From: Nostoc punctiforme NIES-2108
Lineage (GTDB): Bacteria > Cyanobacteriota > Cyanobacteriia > Cyanobacteriales > Nostocaceae
Direction of reading: 5' to 3'
DNA: 15,804 nt
NCBI GenBank assembly: GCA_003326195.1
Contig: LXQE01000136.1
Span: forward strand, 308,087-323,890
In this document: one piece after another, positions 1 to 6,912 of the stretch
How positions within the stretch are numbered: position 1 is the first letter of the stretch
How the letters are laid out: every line of letters starts with the position of its first letter
The notes under the pieces: model-generated
What the model was told of the DNA's origin: nothing
Database searches by the model: none
Seen by the model: only the letters and a program-made list of their open reading frames with translations
Position numbers and translations under genes: made by a program

Positions 1-2
1 TA

Positions 3-104
3 GTTCCCGTTGGCTATGCAGCCGAACCACGCTTAAATCCCGGTCGTTTGCCATTCTCCTCCAACGTCTCTGTGGATAGAATCGGTAATCCTTACGCAGG
101 GTAG
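3..104 (+). CDS. 3' end of an ORF entering from the left window edge (33 codons plus TAG); family not assignable
   Basis: Frame 3 is open from base 3 to TAG at 102-104 and reads VPVGYAAEPRLNPGRLPFSSNVSVDRIGNPYAG. The VGYxxEP near a C-terminus is faintly nitroreductase-like, but 33 residues are too few to assign. It is absent from the ORF track because it is truncated. Confidence 0.3.
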   Translation, partial: VPVGYAAEPRLNPGRLPFSSNVSVDRIGNPYAG

Positions 105-143
105 TTATCTCTAAATTGGGAATGGGAATGGGGAATAGGTGAT

Positions 144-242
144 AAGTCTTTGATACTCGCCGACGAGTCTTTGATACTCGTGAATGAGTCTTTTATACTC
201 GCCGACGAGTCTTTTATACTCGTGAAAAAGTCTTTGAAACTG
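144..242. repeat. 21-nt tandem repeat, about 4.7 copies (GAGTCTTTGATACTCGCCGAC / GAGTCTTTGATACTCGTGAAT alternating, so a 42-nt super-period)
   Basis: Direct reading gives units at 144-164, 165-185, 186-206 and 207-227, with a partial unit from 228. It is preceded by GGGAAT hexamers at 118-137. It explains the spurious minus-strand ORF 111..368 (EYKRLVG heptads). Confidence 0.9.
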
Positions 243-297
243 CTCCCCCTGCCCCCTGCCTCCCCTGCTCCCCCTGCCCCCTGCCCCCTGCCTCCCC
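243..297. repeat. C-rich heptamer tract (CCCCCTG-type, STRR-like) abutting the MFS start codon; G-run-rich on the minus strand
   Basis: The tract reads ctccccctgccccctgcctcccctgctccccctgccccctgccccctgcctcccc. The minus strand carries at least 6 runs of G4-5 separated by 2-5 nt. Confidence 0.9.
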
Positions 298-301
298 AAC
301 C

Positions 302-1591
302 ATGTCTCTAGCCTCCTTCCTAGCGCGTCGCTCGTTCCACTATGGCTGGATCGTAGCTGGTTTAACATTCCTAGCCTTGCTGGTGGCAGCCGGAATCCGC
401 TCTGCTCCTGGAGTTTTTATAGTGCCTCTCGAACAAGAGTTTGGCTGGAGTAGAGCAACTATATCTTTGGCAATCTCCATTAACTTAGTACTCTACGGAC
501 TAATTGGCCCTTTTGCTGCCACAGTTATGGAGCGCATCGGCATTCGTCGGATGATGGTATTCTCACTTGCCATCATTGCGCTGGGTGTCGGTTTAACCAC
601 TTTAATGTCAGCTTCCTGGCAACTAGTCTTGCTGTGGGGTGTAGTTGTCGGTTCTGGTAGCGGAGTTATTGCCCTAGTTTTAGGTGCTATTGTTGTCAAT
701 CGCTGGTTTTTGGAAAAGCGGGGTCTAGTTCTGGGCATCTTAACCGCCAGTACAGCCACGGGACAACTAGTGTTTCTGCCGATACTAGCCTCAATGGCCG
801 ATCGCTTTGGGTGGCGAACTGCGGCTCTGGCTCTGACTGGTGCAGCACTTCTAATTATTCCAGCGATCGCAGCCTTTATGCGCGATCGTCCGGCAGATGT
901 CGGTTTGCGAGCCTTTGGCGACAACAGCGAAACTGTGGAAGTGTTGCAGCCCAAAGTCAATTCCATCGCTTCTACTCTTAACGCCCTCTGGCTAGGAATG
1001 CATAATCGAGACTTCTGGCTATTATTTGGTAGCTTTTTTATCTGTGGCGCAAGCACAAACGGGTTAATTGGAACTCATCTAATTCCTGCTTGTATTGACC
1101 ACGGTATTCCTGAAGTCAAGGCTGCTGGGCTTTTGGCAATCATGGGACTATTCGATTTTTTTGGTACTACTATGTCCGGTTGGCTATCTGACCGTTGGAA
1201 CAATCGCTACTTATTGTGCTGGTACTACGGATTGCGGGGTTTATCTTTGATTTTCTTGCCCTTCAGTTTTAACTTTTCCTTCTACGGACTTTCCATTTTC
1301 GCCGTCTTCTATGGACTTGATTGGATTGCTACCGTACCACCGACAGTCCGTCTTGTTGCCAACATCTTCGGTAAAGAAAATGTCGGCGTGATGTTCGGTT
1401 GGATTGTCGCAGGACACCAGCTTGGTGCAGCCACAGCAGCATTCGGAGCCGGAGTGTTGAGAACTTGGACGGGTAGTTATTTACAAGCATTTATTTTATC
1501 AGGCGTTCTCTGTCTGATTGCCGCAGTTTGTGTATTGCAAATTGGTCAAACTCCCACTAAGAGTAATTATTTTGTAGAGAAGAATTTGTAG
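302..1591 (+). CDS. MFS (major facilitator superfamily) transporter, 429 aa
   Basis: Full-length ORF that is hydrophobic throughout, with about 12 predicted TM segments in a 6+6 layout split by a central loop (RDRPADVGLRAFGDNSETVEV). It has an MFS-like loop motif (ERIGIRRMM) after TM2. The N-terminus resembles the OFA/YbfB-like subfamily. Confidence 0.85.
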   Translation: MSLASFLARRSFHYGWIVAGLTFLALLVAAGIRSAPGVFIVPLEQEFGWSRATISLAISINLVLYGLIGPFAATVMERIGIRRMMVFSLAIIALGVGLTTLMSASWQLVLLWGVVVGSGSGVIALVLGAIVVNRWFLEKRGLVLGILTASTATGQLVFLPILASMADRFGWRTAALALTGAALLIIPAIAAFMRDRPADVGLRAFGDNSETVEVLQPKVNSIASTLNALWLGMHNRDFWLLFGSFFICGASTNGLIGTHLIPACIDHGIPEVKAAGLLAIMGLFDFFGTTMSGWLSDRWNNRYLLCWYYGLRGLSLIFLPFSFNFSFYGLSIFAVFYGLDWIATVPPTVRLVANIFGKENVGVMFGWIVAGHQLGAATAAFGAGVLRTWTGSYLQAFILSGVLCLIAAVCVLQIGQTPTKSNYFVEKNL

Positions 1592-1735
1592 AGTGTGCGT
1601 AAGTCCTAATAACTTGCTTGTTAAGCTTATCCGTGGTTTGATATAGTACGGCATCTACATTAACTTATCGTAGTTTATTGACGACTCAATTACCTGAATT
1701 AACTTGTCAGCCACGAAATAAATATAAAACTTTCC

Positions 1736-2623
1736 ATGCCTATCCAAACTATTGGTATTTTAAGTCCGGGTGATATGGGACAAGCGATCGCAGCTGTTCT
1801 CAATCAACATGGATTGAAAACTATTGCCGCCCTAGACGATCGCAGCGAACGAACTCGGCAATTAGCAGCCGCAGCCAACATCCAAGATGTGGGTTCCCTC
1901 ACACAATTGGTAATTGAATCTGATGTGGTGCTGTCAGTTCTAGTCCCCGCAGCGGCTACCCAAGCAGCGAAGCAAGTAGCTGAGGCAATTGGTAATGTGG
2001 GTAAATCCATTATCTACGTTGACTGTAATGCGATCGCACCCCAAAAAGTTATAAATATCGGCCAACTCATTGAATCAGTTGGGGGAACATTCGTGGATGC
2101 ATCAATTATTGGTCCACCACCACGAGTTCCCAATCGCACCCGCATTTACACTTCAGGAAAACAAGCAAATCAACTCCTACAACTGCGAGATTATGGCTTG
2201 GATGTGCGGGTAATTGGTGATGAAATTGGTCAGGCTTCCGGGTTGAAAATGTCTTACGCAGCTCTAACAAAAGGGCTTACAGCAATCGGCACAGAATTAC
2301 TAATTGCAGCCCATCGTTTAGGTTTGGACAAAGAATTATGGGATGAAGTATCTAGTAGTCAACAAGAACTTGCTAGCATTTTAACGCGTTCCATTCCAGC
2401 GATGACACCGAAAGCCCATCGTTGGGTAGGAGAAATGGAAGAGATTGCAGAAACCTTTAAAGAGTTGGGTCTAACTGAGAGCATTTTTGAAGGAGCAGCA
2501 GACGTTTACCGTTTGGTGAAAGACACCTCCTTAGGTAAAGAAACACCAGAAGAGTCTAATCGCGATCGCCCCTTGGATGAAATCATTACAATCCTCTCCA
2601 ATGAAGCAATTTCCGACACCTAA
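1736..2623 (+). CDS. NAD(P)-dependent oxidoreductase, 6-phosphogluconate-dehydrogenase-like N-domain plus DUF1932-like C-domain, 295 aa
   Basis: N-terminal Rossmann dinucleotide motif IGILSPGDMGQAIA. The helical C-terminal half (KMSYAALTKGLTAIGTELLIAA) is typical of the 6PGDH_NADP-binding/DUF1932 family. Confidence 0.7.
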   Translation: MPIQTIGILSPGDMGQAIAAVLNQHGLKTIAALDDRSERTRQLAAAANIQDVGSLTQLVIESDVVLSVLVPAAATQAAKQVAEAIGNVGKSIIYVDCNAIAPQKVINIGQLIESVGGTFVDASIIGPPPRVPNRTRIYTSGKQANQLLQLRDYGLDVRVIGDEIGQASGLKMSYAALTKGLTAIGTELLIAAHRLGLDKELWDEVSSSQQELASILTRSIPAMTPKAHRWVGEMEEIAETFKELGLTESIFEGAADVYRLVKDTSLGKETPEESNRDRPLDEIITILSNEAISDT

Positions 2624-2664
2624 TCTTGAGTATTTTTTATAGATGGGGTAAAAAGCGAGAATCT

Positions 2665-3339
2665 ATGACTCAAGAGCAATGGACTGCGGTCGATCGTTAC
2701 TTTACCGATCTGCTAGTGCCGCCAGACCCCGCACTAGATAGAGCGCTACAGACTAGCGCCACCGCCGGACTGCCGCCGCACAATGTTTCGCCGAACCAGG
2801 GCAAGCTGCTGCTGCTGTTGGCGCAAATCCAAAGAGCGCGAAGCATCCTGGAAATTGGCACACTGGGCGGCTACAGTACAATCTGGCTAGCGCGGGCGTT
2901 ACCCAGCGATGGCCGTCTAATCACGCTGGAGGCAAACCCAAAGCACGCCGAAATTGCTCGTACCAATATCGCCCACGCTGGTCTGTCCGATATTGTTGAC
3001 CTCCGCCTGGGAAAGGCGCTCTCTACGCTGCCACAGATTGCCGCCGAAGGTCACGGCCCATTTGACTTAATCTTCATCGACGCAGACAAGCCAAGCAATC
3101 CCGAATACTTCGCGTGGGCGCTCAAACTTTCCCGTCGCGGCAGCCTGATTATCGCTGATAATGTTGTGCGTAACGGAGCGGTGATTGATGCCAATAGCAA
3201 CGATCCTAGCGTCCATGGGGTGCGTCGCTTCAACGAATTGCTTGCTTCTGAGCCGCGTGTCAGTGCTACGGCAATCCAGACTGTGGGTAGCAAAGGATAC
3301 GACGGCTTTGCGATCGCGATCGTCACCGCCGACGAATAA
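2665..3339 (+). CDS. Class I SAM-dependent O-methyltransferase (Methyltransf_3 / caffeoyl-CoA OMT-like), about 224 aa
   Basis: SAM motif I ILEIGTLGGYSTIWLA, the acidic post-I motif (LITLEANP) and motif FDLIFIDADK. The track ORF begins at TTG 2626, but ATG 2665 (MTQEQWTAVDRYF) is the more likely start. The gene is markedly more GC-rich than its neighbours. Confidence 0.85.
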   Translation: MTQEQWTAVDRYFTDLLVPPDPALDRALQTSATAGLPPHNVSPNQGKLLLLLAQIQRARSILEIGTLGGYSTIWLARALPSDGRLITLEANPKHAEIARTNIAHAGLSDIVDLRLGKALSTLPQIAAEGHGPFDLIFIDADKPSNPEYFAWALKLSRRGSLIIADNVVRNGAVIDANSNDPSVHGVRRFNELLASEPRVSATAIQTVGSKGYDGFAIAIVTADE

Positions 3340-3432
3340 TCTGAAGATGAGATGAGAGCCTCACTGTTCACTGTTGTGTCAGCTTCCCGCAGAGTACAGA
3401 AGTTCAGTAGCTCAAAATCATCGGGGTCGAAT

Positions 3433-3460
3433 CCCCCCTGCCCCTCTGCCCCTCTGCCCC
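3433..3460. repeat. C-rich octamer/heptamer tract (CCCCTCTG-type) immediately after the histidine-kinase stop codon
   Basis: The tract reads cccccctgcccctctgcccctctgccccc. On the kinase (minus) strand it is a G-run array directly 3' of the TAG, followed by the small hairpin GGGGATTCGACCCC (3423-3436) and a U-rich stretch. Confidence 0.8.
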
Positions 3461-6127
3461 CTAAATAGCTTTCATTGGCAGACTGACAACGAATGTCGCC
3501 CCCTGTCCAATTCCTGGACTTTCGGCCGAGACTGTGCCACCGTGTAATTCTACCAAGTGGCGGACGATCGCTAACCCTAATCCTAATCCTCCATGCGATC
3601 GCGTGCTGGAACTGTCAGCTTGACGAAAACGTTCAAATACATGGGGTAGAAATTCCGCAGCAATTCCTGCTCCCGTATCACTCACCCGAATTTGCACGCA
3701 AGATTCAATGCACTCTAATTGCACATCAACTCTGCCGCCCTTGGGTGTAAACTTGACAGCATTGGAGAGCAAATTCCACACAACCTGTTGCAAACGGTTG
3801 GCATCGCCCACAACTACTTCTACCTTTGGGTCGAATCTACACTTAATACTAATCTCTTTAGCCTGGGCTGCTGGGTACACAGTATCGATTGCCGCTTCTA
3901 CAAGTGGTACAATTTCTACCCGATCCGTACTTAAATGAAGTGTGCCTCTAATAATGCGTGATACATCGAGAACATCTTCAATTAGTTGTGTCAGGGATCT
4001 AGTATTACGTTCAATTGTCTCTAGTGCGCGGCCAGTAGTAGCTTGATCGAATTTGCGCGTTCTAAGTAGCTGTGTCCAGCCTAGTATAGCGTTGAGCGGT
4101 GTACGGAGTTCGTGAGAGAGTGTGGCGAGAAACTCATCCTTCATCCGGTTTGCAGTTTCGGCATCGGCGCGTGCTGCTTGTTCGCGTTTAAGCAGTTCTT
4201 CGCGTTCTTGCTCTGCTTGCTTGCGATCGCTAATATCAATCATGAATCCATGCAGTAGCTGTGGCCCATTTTCATCCCGCACTACATTCACAATGTCATA
4301 CAGCCAGACTACTCTGCCATCAGCAGCCAACATTCTGTATTCAAATTCATAATTATTTAGTGATAGAGAAGATTCTTGGCAATACTGAATAGCCCACTTC
4401 CGATCTTCTGGATGCATATTTTTTGCCCAGAAATTATCGGTGTACCAGTCTGACAATGGATAGCCTAGAATCTCAACAGTTTGTGGCCCTACATAAGTAA
4501 AATTCCCAGTAGTGGCATTTACCTCCCAAGGAATCACACGGACTTTTTCCGTGAGTGTCTTTAAACGTTTCTCGCTTTGTTTGAGAGCTGCTTCTGCTAA
4601 CTTATGAAGTGTAATATCTGTGATTAGGGCAACAAATCCTGCAACTTTTCCCTGGTGACTGAACTGGGGAACGTAAGTAATATTTAGGTAATGGTTTGTG
4701 CCATCTTTATCGGGTACTTGGGTTTCGTAAGTTACTTTTTCTCCTGAAAGTACCGCTTCTATATAAGGAAGAATTGACTGATAAACAGATTCTCCGACAA
4801 TTTCTCTAATGTGTTTACCATAAATTTCGGAAGTAGGAAGCCCAAACCAGTCTTCATATTCTTTATTATTAAAGCGATAACGCTGCTGACTATCAACATA
4901 AGAAATCTTGGCGGGCACAGCATTGGTAATTAGACGCAGTTCATCTTCTCGTTGACGGAGTGCTGCTTCTGCTTGCTTGTGTTCTGTGATGTCGCGTTGA
5001 GTTCCCCACGCTCTAACTAAAAGCCCATTTTCGACAATTCCCACCAGATTATTCAAAAAATATTTGGAATTACCTTGCTTATCTATTTCATGGGACTCGG
5101 CATCTATTAGTCGGTAGTTAGAACGTATAAAGTTACGCAGGTATGCAATATTATGTGGATCGGAGGCAACAAGAAAGTCTCCTAATCTGACACCGATAAT
5201 TTCTTCGGCACGAGAACAGCCATACATCTGTGCCATAACATTGTTGCATTCTGCCAGGTAAACATATTGGTAAAAATGTTGAATTTGTTCATCTTCTGGA
5301 CAATCTGCTGAAATTGGTACTTCCAGTTCGATGCACCAAATACCTTCTGAACTCTGCTCTAAAAAAGTGCGGTAGCGTTCTTCGCTTTTGGCAAGGGCGA
5401 GTTCTACTTGTTTGCGTTTGCTTAAATCAATCACAAAAGAAATAATATCATTTTGGTTATTTTCTAACAAAGCAGAACCTAACAGGATGGGAACGCGACT
5501 ACCATCTTTGCGGATGTATTCGTTCTCAAAAGACTGACACACGCCTTTAGTTGTGAGTTCTGCAATCGCACTGTTGTTAGTTTCAATATATTCTGGTGGG
5601 ATCATCTCGTGCCATCTGACTCGCCCTGCTAGCAAATCCTCCTGCGAATAATCTACCATTCTTAAAAAAGCATCATTAGCCTCTGCGATTGCCCCGTCCA
5701 TTTTGGCTACAATTACCCCAATAATGTTGGACTCTACCAACCTTCTAAATTTTGTCTCGCTCAACTGTAGTTTCTGCAAACTCATTTGAAGATGTTGTTT
5801 GGCAGCGCGTAATTCTAAGTTCAGCAAGTTAATAATTGTTGTCACCAGCACAAACAAGCCTAAGCGCAGTATATTGTCTAGACTGGCAACCAAGAGCGAA
5901 AACACTGGTTCTAAGAAAAAGTAGCTGACGGCTAAAGTAGACAAAGCAGTAGCCAATAACCCTGCTTCCATACCGCCATACCAGGCACTAACCGCCACGG
6001 CAGCAAAAAACAGCAAAAAAATACTTGGTTTCAGTAGTGGCTGTAGCAATAGTGTTAATAGCAATACGCTACCAACACCCAATAATGCCACAGCATAAGG
6101 TGCTAGAAGGGAACGTGTTCCTCTCAA
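3461..6127 (-). CDS. Sensor histidine kinase: N-terminal DUF4118-like membrane domain, about 4 PAS domains, HisKA, HATPase_c; 888 aa; no receiver domain
   Basis: The N-terminus has 3-4 TM helices (LLAPYAVALLGVGSVLLLTLLL...WYGGMEAGLLATALSTL). Repeated PAS-like blocks are each preceded by coiled-coil linkers ending in ITE(H/L)K / DIS(D/K)RK. The H-box FLATLSHELRTPLNAILGW has its His codon at 4112-4114. N/G boxes are NLLSNAVKFTP, DTGAGI and GGLGLGLAIV. A TTG start at 6125-6127 has AAGGAG about 10 nt upstream. Confidence 0.9.
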   Translation of the reverse strand: MRGTRSLLAPYAVALLGVGSVLLLTLLLQPLLKPSIFLLFFAAVAVSAWYGGMEAGLLATALSTLAVSYFFLEPVFSLLVASLDNILRLGLFVLVTTIINLLNLELRAAKQHLQMSLQKLQLSETKFRRLVESNIIGVIVAKMDGAIAEANDAFLRMVDYSQEDLLAGRVRWHEMIPPEYIETNNSAIAELTTKGVCQSFENEYIRKDGSRVPILLGSALLENNQNDIISFVIDLSKRKQVELALAKSEERYRTFLEQSSEGIWCIELEVPISADCPEDEQIQHFYQYVYLAECNNVMAQMYGCSRAEEIIGVRLGDFLVASDPHNIAYLRNFIRSNYRLIDAESHEIDKQGNSKYFLNNLVGIVENGLLVRAWGTQRDITEHKQAEAALRQREDELRLITNAVPAKISYVDSQQRYRFNNKEYEDWFGLPTSEIYGKHIREIVGESVYQSILPYIEAVLSGEKVTYETQVPDKDGTNHYLNITYVPQFSHQGKVAGFVALITDITLHKLAEAALKQSEKRLKTLTEKVRVIPWEVNATTGNFTYVGPQTVEILGYPLSDWYTDNFWAKNMHPEDRKWAIQYCQESSLSLNNYEFEYRMLAADGRVVWLYDIVNVVRDENGPQLLHGFMIDISDRKQAEQEREELLKREQAARADAETANRMKDEFLATLSHELRTPLNAILGWTQLLRTRKFDQATTGRALETIERNTRSLTQLIEDVLDVSRIIRGTLHLSTDRVEIVPLVEAAIDTVYPAAQAKEISIKCRFDPKVEVVVGDANRLQQVVWNLLSNAVKFTPKGGRVDVQLECIESCVQIRVSDTGAGIAAEFLPHVFERFRQADSSSTRSHGGLGLGLAIVRHLVELHGGTVSAESPGIGQGATFVVSLPMKAI

Positions 6128-6187
6128 TGTGGCTTCTCCTTTTATGCAGCTAGCTAAAGGATTATTCCCAAAATTAGCCAGAAAATG

Positions 6188-6272
6188 TGAAGCGTTAGCG
6201 AGTCTTCTCCCAAGGGAGACGCCAAGGGCGTTAGCGAGTCATCGAGCGTCACAGCCCGTCGTAGCAATCGCT
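6188..6272. repeat. Dispersed short-repeat element (GCGTTAGCGAGTC direct repeat at 6192-6204 and 6228-6240; AGCCCGTCGTAGC tail)
   Basis: Direct reading. Related sequence blocks recur at 14706-14793 and 15151-15188. It accounts for the spurious ORF 6129..6341. Confidence 0.7.
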
Positions 6273-6854
6273 CAACACTTAATTATGCATCGGAAAAATA
6301 CATATCCAAGAAGTTACTTGCTGCTAATCTATCTAAAGTAGTAAATCTTAGATTTAAAAAAGTTCAAGAATCTGATAATTATCGCTCTAATTATATATGT
6401 TTTATTTTTGAGTCTCTATCAAACAGTAGAGATTTATTAAGACGAATTCAGAACTCAGTAGTCGGATTATGCAAGTCCAAAAAAAATATAATCCTTGATA
6501 GGAGTTTTGCATAAGCCCCAACAAATAAGAGTAAATAATTCTACTACAATCAAAATTTTGAATGCGTATATTCTTATCTTCTAGATGTGAATTTACCCAA
6601 AGAAAAAAAGCAATTAAAGTTAAGCCAGCTATTAATATAATCTACACCTGCAATTGCAACCGTTTCAGCAAAAAGCTCTGTCGCTATTCTTTGTAGGATT
6701 CGGACAGGTTATTGTTGGTTTGCCGATGGGACATTCAGTGACTAATGAGCGCATCTAATTGGGTTTTGTCGGAATTAGTTTGATGAATCATGCACTTTTT
6801 GCGTTATTAGTAATCAATAGACTAGGGAATGGGGCATGGCGAATGGAAAAATTA

Positions 6855-6909
6855 CCAATGCCCAATGCCCAATGCCCAATGCCCAATGCCCAATGCCCAA
6901 TGCCCAATA
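6855..6909. repeat. Heptamer tandem repeat (CCCAATG) x about 7.7, STRR-like, ending 3 nt before the helicase ATG
   Basis: Units sit at 6861, 6868, 6875, 6882, 6889 and 6896, with a partial unit at 6855 and a degenerate unit at 6903-6909. A partially complementary GGGGCATGGCGAATGG lies just upstream (6829-6846). Confidence 0.95.
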
Positions 6910-6912
6910 CTC

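Noticed and set aside
1-54. Possible minus-strand gene start (ATG at 54-52 preceded by GGAGGAGA, reading MANDRDLSVVRLHSQREL into the window edge)
   Set aside because: Only 18 codons are visible and the peptide is not recognisable. It competes with the plus-strand 33-codon ORF end at 3-104, and neither can be resolved from this window. The plus-strand option is listed at low confidence only.
111-368. 85-aa minus-strand ORF with EYKRLVG/EYQRLIH heptad-like repeats and a Gly/Arg-rich segment
   Set aside because: It is a read-through of the 21-nt tandem repeat and the C-rich heptamer tract. It overlaps the MFS start and has no independent coding signal.
493-1056. 187-aa minus-strand ORF
   Set aside because: It is antisense to the well-supported MFS transporter. 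Its Arg/Ser/Ala/Pro-rich composition is typical of shadow ORFs opposite a GC-richer gene.
3407-3436. tRNA-like fragment: GTAGCTCAA (D-arm-like) followed by GGGGTCGAATCCCC (T-arm-like)
   Set aside because: No acceptor stem or anticodon arm can be built, the T-loop is one base short of TTCGAAT, and the spacing is wrong. At most it is a decayed tRNA remnant or a coincidental hairpin. It may act as a weak terminator for the kinase on the minus strand.
3493-4352. Several 71-85-aa plus-strand ORFs (3493..3750, 3708..3938, 3719..3934, 4122..4352)
   Set aside because: All lie inside, and antisense to, the 888-aa histidine kinase gene, and none has recognisable motifs.
6129-6341. 70-aa plus-strand ORF upstream of the kinase
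   Set aside because: It is made largely of the GCGTTAGCGAGTC dispersed repeat and overlaps the kinase RBS/promoter region. It has no RBS and no motif.
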